This document shows, in pieces, positions 22,679 through 42,400 of a stretch of 64,000 nt of DNA. The stretch spans positions 176,824,001-176,888,000 of the forward strand of contig OZ024743.1 of NCBI GenBank assembly GCA_964016885.1, in the 5' to 3' direction. The position numbers and the translations under genes were made by a program. Numbering within the stretch: position 1 is the stretch's first letter; the number at the start of each line of letters is the position of its first letter. Origin of the DNA: Eledone cirrhosa. Its lineage: Eukaryota. The notes under the pieces are model-generated. The model was not told the DNA's origin, searched no databases, and saw only the letters and a list, made by a program, of their open reading frames with translations.

Positions 22679-23548
22679 CTAGCAGCTGAGCCTGATTGCA
22701 CCCAGGGCCACTTTTTATTAAGTTAATAATTTGAAAAATATTATTGAAAGTTTATTATAAAGAAGCAGTTTCAGGAAAAAAATAGAAATATGCACTTGGG
22801 GCTGGACGGCGACAATGAGAAGTGGAGTGACGTGAAAAGTGTTGTTTATTAACAGCGAAATAGCAATGTCGATGATATGCAATTTGAAAAATACTACTTA
22901 CTGTTAGTGGTGGTTAACATGTATTAGAATTAAAATAAAAACACGCGTCCCTTCTTCACAATTTAAGGGTTTTATTTCTTTTGATGGAAAACAGTGACCG
23001 TACTGCAGAATCGATTTCATAAAACAGTACTGTGAAAATGAAACGTACTGTAGAAGGCAACAGTTTATTAATCTGCATTTTCAAACTTGCATATCATCGA
23101 CATTGCTATTTCGCTGTTAATAAACAATGCTTTTCACGTCGCTCCACTTCTCATTGTACGCCGTCCAGCCCCAAGAGCATATTTCTATTTTTTTTCCTGA
23201 AACTGCTTCTTTATAATAAATTTTCAATAATATTTTTCAAATTATTGGTACTGTATGTTAACAGCGAAAGAACGTTGATGAGTTTAAAAATTTGTATGAA
23301 ATTGTAGATAACTCATCCAAGTATTAGAACAGGGGGAAATAACTCACCAAACGCGATAGTAAATAGACCGTTTGGGGGCCCTAGCGACCACATTTTTCAA
23401 GTTAGAGATTTGAAACCTCATCTATTTGCTTCCTTGGCACTTTTTACATAGGTGTGTAAATTTTCATGTCCGTCTGACCACATCTACTACCATTTAACTG
23501 TGCACATCTGAATTTCAACCACCACCCATTTCACAAATATATATTAGA
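22679..23548 (-). mobile_element. Non-autonomous Helitron-like element containing a long internal inverted repeat
   Basis: Minus strand reads A|TC(taatatat)...cctgggtgcaatcagg hairpin...CTAG|T; internal IR arms at 22725-22891 and 23077-23246. Confidence 0.65.
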
Positions 23549-23649
23549 TATATACATATATGTGTATGTGTAATTCCTTTTCAATGTCTGGCTATGATAC
23601 ATTTTAATGAAACCAGAAAAAAATATGAAGCGGAATTATTCAGCTACAC

Positions 23650-24415
23650 ATAGACATATATACACACATACACACACATAATCACACACACATTTAGATA
23701 CATATACATATAAAGAATTAGATGATACACACATGCACACACACATTCAGATACGCATAGACATATACAAATGAACAATCAGATAAAATACATGCACACA
23801 CACATCCACACTGACACAAGCACACACATCAATACTGACACACACACACACATGGACAATCTGATGGCACATATTCAAACTGACACATGCACACATATCC
23901 ATACTGACACACACACACATACACAGACAATCTGATGGCACACATTCACAATGACACATGCACACACATCCACACTGACACACACAAATGGACAATCTGA
24001 TGGCACACACATAAATACACACATAGAAATAACAATTAGATGACACACATACATACACATATTCAGATACATATACATATACAGGTACACATTAACATAT
24101 ACAAATAAACAGTTAGATGATACACATAAACACACATATCCACATATAAACAAACACACACACACACACATGCATATGCAGACATATACAAATGAACAAT
24201 CATATGACATACATATAAACACACACACAAAAACACACACACAGTCTCACCAATGCATGCACATGCACATACACACATATACACAAAGGAGTACACACAG
24301 ATTTACACAAAAATACACATACAGATAAAGACACACATACACACACACATAAATGCAGGTAAAGAAATACATCTACACACAATAATACACACCAAACTTG
24401 ATGATGTTTGTAGGG
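23650..24415. repeat. Degenerate CA-rich minisatellite/low-complexity region
   Basis: Recurrent gacaatctgatggcacac and cacacatccacactgacac units within (CA)n. Confidence 0.7.
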
Positions 24416-24418
24416 ATA

Positions 24419-27400
24419 CACATACACTCATTAATACATGTGGACATTCACACAGATACACTCATTAATACATGTAGACATTCACACACATACACTCATT
24501 AATACATGTACAGATTCACACACATACACTCATTAATACATGTAGACATTCACACACATACACTCATTAATACATGTACACATTCACACACATACACTCA
24601 TTAATACATGTACACATTCACACACATACACTCATTAATACATGTAGACATTCACACACATACACTCATTAATACATGTAGACATTCACACACATACACT
24701 CATGGCTACATGTACACATTCACGCACATACACTCATTAATACATGTACACATTCACACACATACACCCATGGCTACATGTACACATTCACGCACACATA
24801 CACTCATTAATACATGCAGACGTTCACACACATACACTCATTGCTACATGTGGACATTCACACATACACTCATTAATACATGTACACATTCACACACATA
24901 CACTCATTAATACATGTACACATTCACACACATACACTCATTAATACATGTACACATTCACACACACATACACTCATTAATACATGTACACATACACTCA
25001 TTAATACATGTACACATTCACACACACATACACTCATTAATACATGTAGACATTCACACACGTACACTCATTAATACATGTACACATTCACACACATACA
25101 CTCATTAATACATGTAGACATTCACACACATACACTCATTAATACATGTACAGATTCACACACATACACTCATTAATACATGTAGACATTCACACACATA
25201 CACTCATTAATACATGTACACATTAACACACATACACTCATGGCTACATGTACACATTCACACACATACACTCATTAATACATGTACACATTCACACACA
25301 TACACCCATGGCTACATGTACACATTCACGCACACATACACTCATTAATACATGCAGACATTCACACACATACACTCATTGCTACATGTGGACATTCACA
25401 CACATACACTCATTAATACATGTACACATTCACACACATACACTCATTAATACATGTACACATTCACACACATACACTCATTAATACATGTACACATTCA
25501 CACACACACATACACTCATTAATACATGTACACATACACTCATTAATACATGTACACATTCACACACACATACACTCATTAATACATGTAGACATTCACA
25601 CACGTACACTCATTAATACATGTACACATTCACACACATACACTCATTAATACATGTAGACATTCACACACATACACTCATTAATACATGTACACATTCA
25701 CACACATACACTCATGGCTACATGTACACATTCACACACATACACTCATTAATACATGTAGACATTCACACACATACACTCATTAATACATGTAGACATT
25801 CACACACATACACTCATTAATACATGTACACACTCAGACACATACACTGATTAATACATGTAGACATTCACACACATAAACTCATGGCTACATGTAGACA
25901 TTCACACACATACACTCATTAATACATGTACACATTCACACACATACACTCATTAATACATGTACACATTCACACACATACACTCATTAATACATGTACA
26001 CATTCACACACATACACTCATTAATACATGTAGACATTCACACACATACACTCATTAATACATGTACATATTCACACACATACACTCATTAATACATGTA
26101 GACATTCACACACATACACTCATTAATACATGTACACATTCACACACATACACTCATTAATACATGTACACATTCACACACATACACTCATTAATACATG
26201 TACACATTCACACACATACACTCATTAATACATGTACACATTCACACACATACACTCATTAATACATGTAGACATTCACACACATACACTCATTAATACA
26301 TGTAGACATTCACACACATACACTCATTAATACATCTACACATTCACACACACATACACTCATTAACACATGTACACATTCACACACATACACTCATTAA
26401 TACATGTAGACATTCACACACATACACTCATTAATACATGTACACATTCACACACATACACTCATTAATACATGTAGACATTCACACACATACACTCATT
26501 AATACATGTACATATTCACACACATACACTCATTAATACATGTACACATTTACACACATACACTCATGGCTACATGTACACATTCACACACATACACTCA
26601 TGGCTACATGTAGACATTCACACACATACACTCATTAATACATGTAGACATTCACACACATACACTCATTAATACATGTAGACATTCAGACACATACAAT
26701 CATTAATACATGTAGATATTCACACATATACACTCATTAATACATGTAGACATTCACACACATACACTCATGGCTACATGTAGACATTCACACAGATACA
26801 CTCATTAATACATGTAGACATTCACACACATACACTCATGGCTACATGTAGACATTCACACACATACACTCATTAAGACATGGAGACATTCACACACATA
26901 CACTCATTAATACATGTAGACATTCACACACATACACTCATTAATACATGTAGACATTCACACACATACACTCATTAATACATGTAGACATTCACACACA
27001 TACACTCATTAATACATGTACACATTCACACACATACACTCATTAATACATGTAGACATTCACACACATACACTCATTAATACATGTAGACATTCACACA
27101 CATACACTCATTAACACATGTACACATTCACACACATACACTCATTAATACATGTACACATTCACACACATAAATCATTAATACATGTAGACATTCACAC
27201 ACATACACTCATTAATACATGTAGACATTCACACACATACACTCATTAATACATGTACACATTCACACACATACACTCATTAATACATGTAGACATTCAC
27301 ACACATACACTCATTAATACATGTAGACATTCACACACGTACACTCATTAATACATGTACACATTCACACACATACACTCATTAATACATGTAGACATTC

Positions 27401-30400
27401 AGACACATACAATCATTAATACATGTAGATATTCACACATATACACTCATTAATACATGTAGACATTCACACACATACACTCATTAATACATGTACACAT
27501 TCACACACATACACTCATTAATACATGTAGACATTCACACACATACACTCATGGCTACATGTACACATTCACACACATACACTCATGTCTACATGTAGAC
27601 ATTCACACACATACACTCATTAATACATGTAGACATTCACACACATACACTCATTAATACATGTAGACATTCAGACACATACAATCATTAATACATGTAG
27701 ATATTCACACACATAAATCATTAATACATGTAGACATTCACACACATACACTCATTAATACATGTAGACATTCACACACATACACTCATTAATACATGTA
27801 CAGATTCACACACATACACTCATTAATACATGTAGACATTCACACACATACACTCATTAATACATGTACACATTAACACACATACACTCATGGCTACATG
27901 TACACATTCACACACATACACTCATTAATACATGTACACATTCACACACATACACCCATGGCTACATGTACACATTCACGCACACATACACTCATTAATA
28001 CATGCAGACATTCACACACATACACTCATTGCTACATGTGGACATTCACACACATACACTCATTAATACATGTACACATTCACACACATACACTCATTAA
28101 TACATGTACACATTCACACACATACACTCATTAATACATGTACACATTCACACACACATACACTCATTAATACATGTACACATACACTCATTAATACATG
28201 TACACATTCACACACACATACACTCATTAATACATGTAGACATTCACACACGTACACTCATTAATACATGTACACATTCACACACATACACTCATTAATA
28301 CATGTAGACATTCACACACATACACTCATTAATACATGTACACATTCACACACATACACTCATGGCTACATGTACACATTCACACACATACACTCATTAA
28401 TACATGTAGACATTCACACACATACACTGATTAATACATGTAGACATTCACACACATAAACTCATGGCTACATGTAGACATTCACACACATACACTCATT
28501 AATACATGTACACATTCACACACATACACTCATTAATACATGTAGACATTCACACACATACACTCATTAATACATGTAGACATTCACACACATACACTCA
28601 TTAATACATGTACATATTCACACACATACACTCATTAATACATGTACACATTCACACACATACACTCATGGCTACATGTACACATTCACACACATACACT
28701 CATGTCTACATGTAGACATTCACACACATACACTCATTAATACATGTAGACATTCACACACATACACTCATTAATACATGTAGACATTCAGACACATACA
28801 ATCATTAATACATGTAGATATTCACACATATACACTCATTAATACATGTAGACATTCACACACATACACTCATGGCTACATGTAGACATTCACACAGATA
28901 CACTCATTAATACATGTAGACATTCACACACATACACTCATGGCTACATGTAGACATTCACACACATACACTCATTAATACATGGAGACATTCACACACA
29001 TACACTCATTAATACATGTAGACATTCACACACATACACTCATTAATACATGTACACATTCACACACATACACTCATTAATACATGTACACATTCACACA
29101 CATAAATCATTAATACATGTAGACATTCACACACATACACTCATTAATACATGTAGACATTCCCACACATACACTCATTAATACATGTACACATTCACAC
29201 ACATACACTCATTAATACATGTACACATTCACACACATACACTCATTAATACATGTACACATTCACACACATACACTCATTAATACATGTAGACATTCAC
29301 ACACACATACACTCATTAATACATGTACACATTCACACACATACACTCATTAATACATGTAGACATTCACACACATACACTCATTAATACATGTAGACAT
29401 TCACACACGTACACTCATTAATACATGTACACATTCACACACATACACTCATTAATACATGTACACATTCACACACATACACTCATTAATACATGTACAC
29501 ATTCACACACATACACTCATGGCTACATGTAGACATTCACACACACACTCATTAATACATGTAGACATTCACACACACATCCACTCATTAATACATGTAC
29601 ACATTCACAAACATACACTCATTAATACATGTAGACATTCACACACACATACACTCATTAATACATGTACACATTCACAAACATACACTCATTAATACAT
29701 GTAGGTATTAACACACATACACTCATTAATACATGTACACATTCACATATACATACACTCATTAATACATGTACACATTCACACACATACACTCATTAAT
29801 ACATGTACACATTCACACACATACACTTATGGCTACATGTAGACATTCACACACATACACTCATTAATACATGTAGACATTCACACACATACACTCATTA
29901 ATACATGTACACATTCACACACATACACTCATTAATACATGTAGACATTCACACACATACACTCATTAATACATGTAGACAATCACACACGTACACTCAT
30001 TAATACATGTACACATTCACACACATGCACTCATTAATACATGTACACATTCACACTCATTAATACATGTACACATTCACACACATACACTCATGGCTAC
30101 ATGTAGACATTCACACACACACTCATTAATACATGTAGACATTCACACACACATACACTCATTAATACATGTACACATTCACAAACATACACTCATTAAT
30201 ACATGTAGACATTCACACACACATACACTCATTAATACATGTACACATTCACAAACATACACTCATTAATACATGTAGGTAGTCACACACATACACTCAT
30301 TAATACATGTACACATTCACATATACATACACTCATTAATACATGTACACATTCACACACATACACTCATTAATACATGTACACATTCACACACATACAC

Positions 30401-33400
30401 TTATGGCTACATGTAGACATTCACACACATACACTCATTAATACATGTAGACATTCACACACATACACTCATTAATACATGTACACATTCACACACATAC
30501 ACTCATTAATACATGTAGACATTCACACACATACACTCATTAATACATGTACACATTCACATATACATACACTCATTAATACATGTACACATTCACACAC
30601 ATTCACTCATTAATACATGTAGACATTCACACACATACACTCATTAATACATGTACACATTCACACACATACACTCATTAATACATGTACACATTCACAC
30701 ACATACACTCATTAATACATGTAGACATTCACACACATACACTCATTAATACATGTAGACATTCACACACATACACTCATGGCTACATGTACACATTCAC
30801 ACACATACACTCATTAATACATATACACATTCACACACATACACCCATGGCTACATGTACACATTCACGCACACATACACTCATTAATACATGCAGACAT
30901 TCACACACATACACTCATTGCTACATGAGGACATTCACACACATACACTCATTAATACATGTACACATTCACACACATACACTCATTAATACATGTACAC
31001 ATTCACACACATACACTCATTAATACATGTACACATTCACACACACATACACTCATTAATACATGTAAACATTCACACACACATACACTCATTAATACAT
31101 GTAGACATTCACACACGTACACTCATTAATACATGTACACATTCACACACATACACTCATTAATACATGTAGACATTCACACACATACACTCATTAATAC
31201 ATGTACACATTCACACACATACACTCATGGCTACATGTACACATTCACACACATACACTCATTAATACATGTAGACATTCATACACATACACTCATTAAT
31301 ACATGTAGACATTCACACACAGACACTCATTAATACATGTACACACTCAGACAAATACACTCATTAATACATGTAGACATTCACACACATAAACTCATGG
31401 CTACATGTAGACATTCACACACATACACTCATTAATACATGTACACATTCACACACATACACTCATTAATACATGTACACATTCACACACATACACTCAT
31501 TAATACATGTACACATTCACACACACATACACTCATTAATACATGTACACATACACTCATTAATACATGTACACATTCACACACACATACACTCATTAAT
31601 ACATGTAGACATTCACACACGTACACTCATTAATACATGTACACATTCACACACATACACTCATTAATACATGTAGACATTCACACACATACACTCATTA
31701 ATACATGTACAGATTCACACACATACACTCATTAATACATGTAGACATTCACACACATACACTCATTAATACATGTACACATTAACACACATACACTCAT
31801 GGCTACATGTACACATTCACACACATACACTCATTAATACATGTACACATTCACACACATACACCCATGGCTACATGTACACATTCACGCACACCTACAC
31901 TCATTAATACATGTACACATTCACACACATACACTCATTGCTACATGTGGACATTCACACACATACACTCATTAATACATGTACACATTCACACACATAC
32001 ACTCATTAATACATGTACACATTCACACACATACACTCATTAATACATGTACACATTCACACACACATACACTCATTAATACATGTACACATGCACTCAT
32101 TAATACATGTACACATTCACACACACATACACTCATTAATACATGTAGACATTCACACACGTACACTCATTAATACATGTACACATTCACACACATACAC
32201 TCATTAATACATGTAGACATTCACACACATACACTCATTAATACATGTACACATTCACACACATACACTCATGGCTACATGTACACATTCACACACATAC
32301 ACTCATTAATACATGTAGACATTCACACACATACACTGATTAATACATGTAGACATTCACACACATAAACTCATGGCTACATGTAGACATTCACACACAT
32401 ACACTCATTAATACATGTACACATTCACACACATACACTCATTAATACATGTAGACATTCACACACATACACTCATTAATACATGTAGACATTCACACAC
32501 ATACACTCATTAATACATGTACATATTCACACACATACACTCATTAATACATGTACACATTCACACACATACACTCATGGCTACATGTACACATTCACAC
32601 ACATACACTCATGTCTACATGTAGACATTCACACACATACACTCATTAATACATGTAGACATTCACACACATACACTCATTAATACATGTAGACATTCAG
32701 ACACATACAATCATTAATACATGTAGATATTCACACATATACACTCATTAATACATGTAGACATTCACACACATACACTCATGGCTACATGTAGACATTC
32801 ACACACACATACACTCATTAATACATGTACACATTCACACACATACACTCATTAATACATGTAGACATTCACACACATACACTCATTAATACATGGAGAC
32901 ATTCACACACATACACTCATTAATACATGTAGACATTCACACACATACACTCATTAATACATGTACACATTCACACACATACACTCATTAATACATGTAC
33001 ACATTCACACACATAAATCATTAATACATGTAGACATTCACACACATACACTCATTAATACATGTAGACATTCACACACATACACTCATTAATACATGTA
33101 CACATTCACACACATACACTCATTAATACATGTACACATTCACACACATACACTCATTAATACATGTACACATTCACACACATACACTCATTAATACATG
33201 TAGACATTCACACACACATACACTCATTAATACATGTACACATTCACACACATACACTCATTAATACATGTAGACATTCACACACATACACTCATTAATA
33301 CATGTAGACATTCACACACGTACACTCATTAATACATGTACACATTCACACACATACACTCATTAATACATGTACACATTCACACACATACACTCATTAA

Positions 33401-36400
33401 TACATGTACACATTCACACACATACACTCATGGCTACATGTAGACATTCACACACACACTCATTAATACATGTAGACATTCACACACACATCCACTCATT
33501 AATACATGTACACATTCACAAACATACACTCATTAATACATGTAGACATTCACACACACATACACTCATTAATACATGTACACATTCACAAACATACACT
33601 CATTAATACATGTAGGTATTAACACACATACACTCATTAATACATGTACACATTCACATATACATACACTCATTAATACATGTACACATTCACACACATA
33701 CACTCATTAATACATGTACACATTCACACACATACACTTATGGCTACATGTAGACATTCACACACATACACTCATTAATACATGTAGACATTCACACACA
33801 TACACTCATTAATACATGTACACATTCACACACATACACTCATTAATACATGTAGACATTCACACACATACACTCATTAATACATGTACACATTCACATA
33901 TACATACACTCATTAATACATGTACACATTCACACACATTCACTCATTAATACATGTAGACATTCACACACATACACTCATTAATACATGTACACATTCA
34001 CACACATACACTCATTAATACATGTACACATTCACACACATACACTCATTAATACATGTAGACATTCACACACATACACTCATTAATACATGTAGACATT
34101 CACACACATACACTCATGGCTACATGTACACATTCACACACATACACTCATTAATACATATACACATTCACACACATACACCCATGGCTACATGTACACA
34201 TTCACGCACACATACACTCATTAATACATGCAGACATTCACACACATACACTCATTGCTACATGAGGACATTCACACACATACACTCATTAATACATGTA
34301 CACATTCACACACATACACTCATTAATACATGTACACATTCACACACATACACTCATTAATACATGTACACATTCACACACACATACACTCATTAATACA
34401 TGTACACATACACTCATTAATACATGTACACATTCACACACACATACACTCATTAATACATGTAGACATTCACACACGTACACTCATTAATACATGTACA
34501 CATTCACACACATACACTCATTAATACATGTAGACATTCACACACATACACTCATTAATACATGTACACATTCACACACATACACTCATGGCTACATGTA
34601 CACATTCACACACATACACTCATTAATACATGTAGACATTCATACACATACACTCATTAATACATGTAGACATTCACACACAGACACTCATTAATACATG
34701 TACACACTCAGACAAATACACTCATTAATACATGTAGACATTCACACACATAAACTCATGGCTACATGTAGACATTCACACACATACACTCATTAATACA
34801 TGTACACATTCACACACATACACTCATTAATACATGTACACATTCACACACATACACTCATTAATACATGTACACATTCACACACACATACACTCATTAA
34901 TACATGTACACATACACTCATTAATACATGTACACATTCACACACACATACACTCATTAATACATGTAGACATTCACACACGTACACTCATTAATACATG
35001 TACACATTCACACACATACACTCATTAATACATGTAGACATTCACACACATACACTCATTAATACATGTACAGATTCACACACATACACTCATTAATACA
35101 TGTAGACATTCACACACATACACTCATTAATACATGTACACATTAACACACATACACTCATGGCTACATGTACACATTCACACACATACACTCATTAATA
35201 CATGTACACATTCACACACATACACCCATGGCTACATGTACACATTCACGCACACATACACTCATTAATACATGTACACATTCACACACATACACTCATT
35301 GCTACATGTGGACATTCACACACATACACTCATTAATACATGTACACATTCACACACATACACTCATTAATACATGTACACATTCACACACATACACTCA
35401 TTAATACATGTACACATTCACACACACATACACTCATTAATACATGTACACATACACTCATTAATACATGTACACATTCACACACACATACACTCATTAA
35501 TACATGTAGACATTCACACACGTACACTCATTAATACATGTACACATTCACACACATACACTCATTAATACATGTAGACATTCACACACATACACTCATT
35601 AATACATGTACACATTCACACACATACACTCATGGCTACATGTACACATTCACACACATACACTCATTAATACATGTAGACATTCACACACATACACTGA
35701 TTAATACATGTAGACATTCACACACATAAACTCATGGCTACATGTAGACATTCACACACATACACTCATTAATACATGTACACATTCACACACATACACT
35801 CATTAATACATGTAGACATTCACACACATACACTCATTAATACATGTAGACATTCACACACATACACTCATTAATACATGTACATATTCACACACATACA
35901 CTCATTAATACATGTACACATTCACACACATACACTCATGGCTACATGTACACATTCACACACATACACTCATGTCTACATGTAGACATTCACACACATA
36001 CACTCATTAATACATGTAGACATTCACACACATACACTCATTAATACATGTAGACATTCAGACACATACAATCATTAATACATGTAGATATTCACACATA
36101 TACACTCATTAATACATGTAGACATTCACACACATACACTCATGGCTACATGTAGACATTCACACACACATACACTCATTAATACATGTACACATTCACA
36201 CACATACACTCATTAATACATGTAGACATTCACACACATACACTCATTAATACATGGAGACATTCACACACATACACTCATTAATACATGTAGACATTCA
36301 CACACATACACTCATTAATACATGTACACATTCACACACATACACTCATTAATACATGTACACATTCACACACATAAATCATTAATACATGTAGACATTC

Positions 36401-39400
36401 ACACACATACACTCATTAATACATGTAGACATTCACACACATACACTCATTAATACATGTACACATTCACACACATACACTCATTAATACATGTACACAT
36501 TCACACACATACACTCATTAATACATGTACACATTCACACACATACACTCATTAATACATGTAGACATTCACACACACATACACTCATTAATACATGTAC
36601 ACATTCACACACATACACTCATTAATACATGTAGACATTCACACACATACACTCATTAATACATGTAGACATTCACACACGTACACTCATTAATACATGT
36701 ACACATTCACACACATACACTCATTAATACATGTACACATTCACACACATACACTCATTAATACATGTACACATTCACACACATACACTCATGGCTACAT
36801 GTAGACATTCACACACACACTCATTAATACATGTAGACATTCACACACACATCCACTCATTAATACATGTACACATTCACAAACATACACTCATTAATAC
36901 ATGTAGACATTCACACACACATACACTCATTAATACATGTACACATTCACAAACATACACTCATTAATACATGTAGGTATTAACACACATACACTCATTA
37001 ATACATGTACACATTCACATATACATACACTCATTAATACATGTACACATTCACACACATACACTCATTAATACATGTACACATTCACACACATACACTT
37101 ATGGCTACATGTAGACATTCACACACATACACTCATTAATACATGTAGACATTCACACACATACACTCATTAATACATGTACACATTCACACACATACAC
37201 TCATTAATACATGTAGACATTCACACACATACACTCATTAATACATGTACACATTCACATATACATACACTCATTAATACATGTACACATTCACACACAT
37301 TCACTCATTAATACATGTAGACATTCACACACATACACTCATTAATACATGTACACATTCACACACATACACTCATTAATACATGTACACATTCACACAC
37401 ATACACTCATTAATACATGTAGACATTCACACACATACACTCATTAATACATGTAGACATTCACACACATACACTCATGGCTACATGTACACATTCACAC
37501 ACATACACTCATTAATACATATACACATTCACACACATACACCCATGGCTACATGTACACATTCACGCACACATACACTCATTAATACATGCAGACATTC
37601 ACACACATACACTCATTGCTACATGAGGACATTCACACACATACACTCATTAATACATGTACACATTCACACACATACACTCATTAATACATGTACACAT
37701 TCACACACATACACTCATTAATACATGTACACATTCACACACACATACACTCATTAATACATGTACACATACACTCATTAATACATGTACACATTCACAC
37801 ACACATACACTCATTAATACATGTAGACATTCACACACGTACACTCATTAATACATGTACACATTCACACACATACACTCATTAATACATGTAGACATTC
37901 ACACACATACACTCATTAATACATGTACACATTCACACACATACACTCATGGCTACATGTACACATTCACACACATACACTCATTAATACATGTAGACAT
38001 TCACACACATACACTCATTAATACATGTAGACATTCACACACAGACACTCATTAATACATGTACACACTCAGACAAATACACTCATTAATACATGTAGAC
38101 ATTCACACACATAAACTCATGGCTACATGTAGACATTCACACACATACACTCATTAATACATGTACACATTCACACACATACACTCATTAATACATGTAC
38201 ACATTCACACACATACACTCATTAATACATGTACACATTCACACACACATACACTCATTAATACATGTACACATACACTCATTAATACATGTACACATTC
38301 ACACACACATACACTCATTAATACATGTAGACATTCACACACGTACACTCATTAATACATGTACACATTCACACACATACACTCATTAATACATGTAGAC
38401 ATTCACACACATACACTCATTAATACATGTACAGATTCACACACATACACTCATTAATACATGTAGACATTCACACACATACACTCATTAATACATGTAC
38501 ACATTAACACACATACACTCATGGTTACATGTACACATTCACACACATACACTCATTAATACATGTACACATTCACACACATACACCCATGGCTACATGT
38601 ACACATTCACGCACACATACACTCATTAATACATGCAGACATTCACACACATACACTCATTGCTACATGTGGACATTCACACACATACACTCATTAATAC
38701 ATGTACACATTCACACACATACACTCATTAATACATGTACACATTCACACACATACACTCATTAATACATGTACACATTCACACACACATACACTCATTA
38801 ATACATGTACACATACACTCATTAATACATGTACACATTCACACACACATACACTCATTAATACATGTAGACATTCACACACGTACACTCATTAATACAT
38901 GTACACATTCACACACATACACTCATTAATACATGTAGACATTCACACACATACACTCATTAATACATGTACACATTCACACACATACACTCATGGCTAC
39001 ATGTACACATTCACACACATACACTCATTAATACATGTAGACATTCACACACATACACTGATTAATACATGTAGACATTCACACACATAAACTCATGGCT
39101 ACATGTAGACATTCACACACATACACTCATTAATACATGTACACATTCACACACATACACTCATTAATACATGTACACATTCACACACATACACTCATTA
39201 ATACATGTACACATTCACACACATACACTCATTAATACATGTAGACATTCACACACATACACTCATTAATACATGTACATATTCACACACATACACTCAT
39301 TAATACATGTAGACATTCACACACATACACTCATTAATACATGTACACATTCACACACATACACTCATTAATACATGTACACATTCACACACATACACTC

Positions 39401-42400
39401 ATTAATACATGTACACATTCACACACATACACTCATTAATACATGTAGACATTCACACACATACACTCATTAATACATGTAGACATTCACACACATACAC
39501 TCATTAATACATGTAGACATTCACACACATACACTCATTAATACATCTACACATTCACACACACATACACTCATTAACACATGTACACATTCACACACAT
39601 ACACTCATTAATACATGTAGACATTCACACACATACACTCATTAATACATGTAGACATTCACACACATACACTCATGGCTACATGTACACATTCACACAC
39701 ACATACACTCATTAATACATGTAGACATTCACACACATACACTCATTAATACAAGTACACATACACTCATTAATACATGTAGACATTCACACACATACAC
39801 TCATTAATACATGTACACATTCACACACATACACTCATTAATACATGTACACATTCACACACACATACACTCATTAATACATGTACACATACACTCATTA
39901 ATACATGTACACATTCACACACACATACACTCATTAATACATGTAGACATTCACACACGTACACTCATTAATACATGTACACATTCACACACATACACTC
40001 ATTAATACATGTAGACATTCACACACATACACTCATTAATACATGTACACATTCACACACATACACTCATGGCTACATGTACACATTCACACACATACAC
40101 TCATTAATACATGTAGACATTCACACACATACACTGATTAATACATGTAGACATTCACACACATAAACTCATGGCTACATGTAGACATTCACACACATAC
40201 ACTCATTAATACATGTACACATTCACACACATACACTCATTAATACATGTACACATTCACACACATACACTCATTAATACATGTACACATTCACACACAT
40301 ACACTCATTAATACATGTAGACATTCACACACATACACTCATTAATACATGTACATATTCACACACATACACTCATTAATACATGTAGACATTCACACAC
40401 ATACACTCATTAATACATGTACACATTCACACACATACACTCATTAATACATGTACACATTCACACACATACACTCATTAATACATGTACACATTCACAC
40501 ACATACACTCATTAATACATGTAGACATTCACACACATACACTCATTAATACATGTAGACATTCACACACATACACTCATTAATACATGTAGACATTCAC
40601 ACACATACACTCATTAATACATCTACACATTCACACACACATACACTCATTAACACATGTACACATTCACACACATACACTCATTAATACATGTAGACAT
40701 TCACACACATACACTCATTAATACATGTAGACATTCACACACATACACTCATGGCTACATGTACACATTCACACACACATACACTCATTAATACATGTAG
40801 ACATTCACACACATACACTCATTAATACAAGTACACATACACTCATTAATACATGTAGACATTCACACACATACACTCATTAATACATGTACATATTCAC
40901 ACACATACACTCATTAATACATGTACACATTTACACACATACACTCATGGCTACATGTACACATTCACACACATACACTCATGGCTACATGTACACATTC
41001 ACACACATACACTCATTAATACATGTACACATTCACACACATACACTCATTAATACATGTAGACATTCACACACATACACTCATTAATACATGTACAGAT
41101 TCACACACATACACTCATTAATACATGTAGACATTCACACACATACACTCATTAATACATGTACACATTAACACACATACACTCATGGCTACATGTACAC
41201 ATTCACACACATACACTCATTAATACATGTACACATTCACACACATACACCCATGGCTACATGTACACATTCACGCACACATACACTCATTAATACATGC
41301 AGACATTCACACACATACACTCATTGCTACATGTGGACATTCACACACATACACTCATTAATACATGTACACATTCACACACATACTCATTAATACATGT
41401 ACACATTCACACACATACACTCATTAATACATGTACACATTCACACACACATACACTCATTAATACATGTACACATTCACTCATTAATACATGTACACAT
41501 TCACACACACATACACTCATTAATACATGTAGACATTCACACACGTACACTCATTAATACATGTACACATTCACACACATACACTCATTAATACATGTAG
41601 ACATTCACACACATACACTCATTAATACATGTACACATTCACACACATACACTCATGGCTACATGTACACATTCACACACATACACTCATTAATACATGT
41701 ACACATTCACACACATACACTCATTAATACATGTAGACATTCACACACATAGACTCATGGCTACATGTACACATTCTCACACACATACACTCATTAATAC
41801 ATGTAGACATTCACACACATACACTCATTAATACATGTAGACATTCACACACATACACTCATGGCTACATGTACACATTCACACACACATACACTCATTA
41901 ATACATGTAGACATTCACACACATACACTCATTAATACAAGTACACATACACTCATTAATACATGTAGACATTCACACACATACACTCATTAATACATGT
42001 ACACATTCACACACATACACTCATTAATACATGTACACATTCACACACACATACACTCATTAATACATGTACACATACACTCATTAATACATGTACACAT
42101 TCACACACACATACACTCATTAATACATGTAGACATTCACACACGTACACTCATTAATACATGTACACATTCACACACATACACTCATTAATACATGTAG
42201 ACATTCACACACATACACTCATTAATACATGTACACATTCACACACATACACTCATGGCTACATGTACACATTCACACACATACACTCATTAATACATGT
42301 AGACATTCACACACATACACTGATTAATACATGTAGACATTCACACACATAAACTCATGGCTACATGTAGACATTCACACACATACACTCATTAATACAT

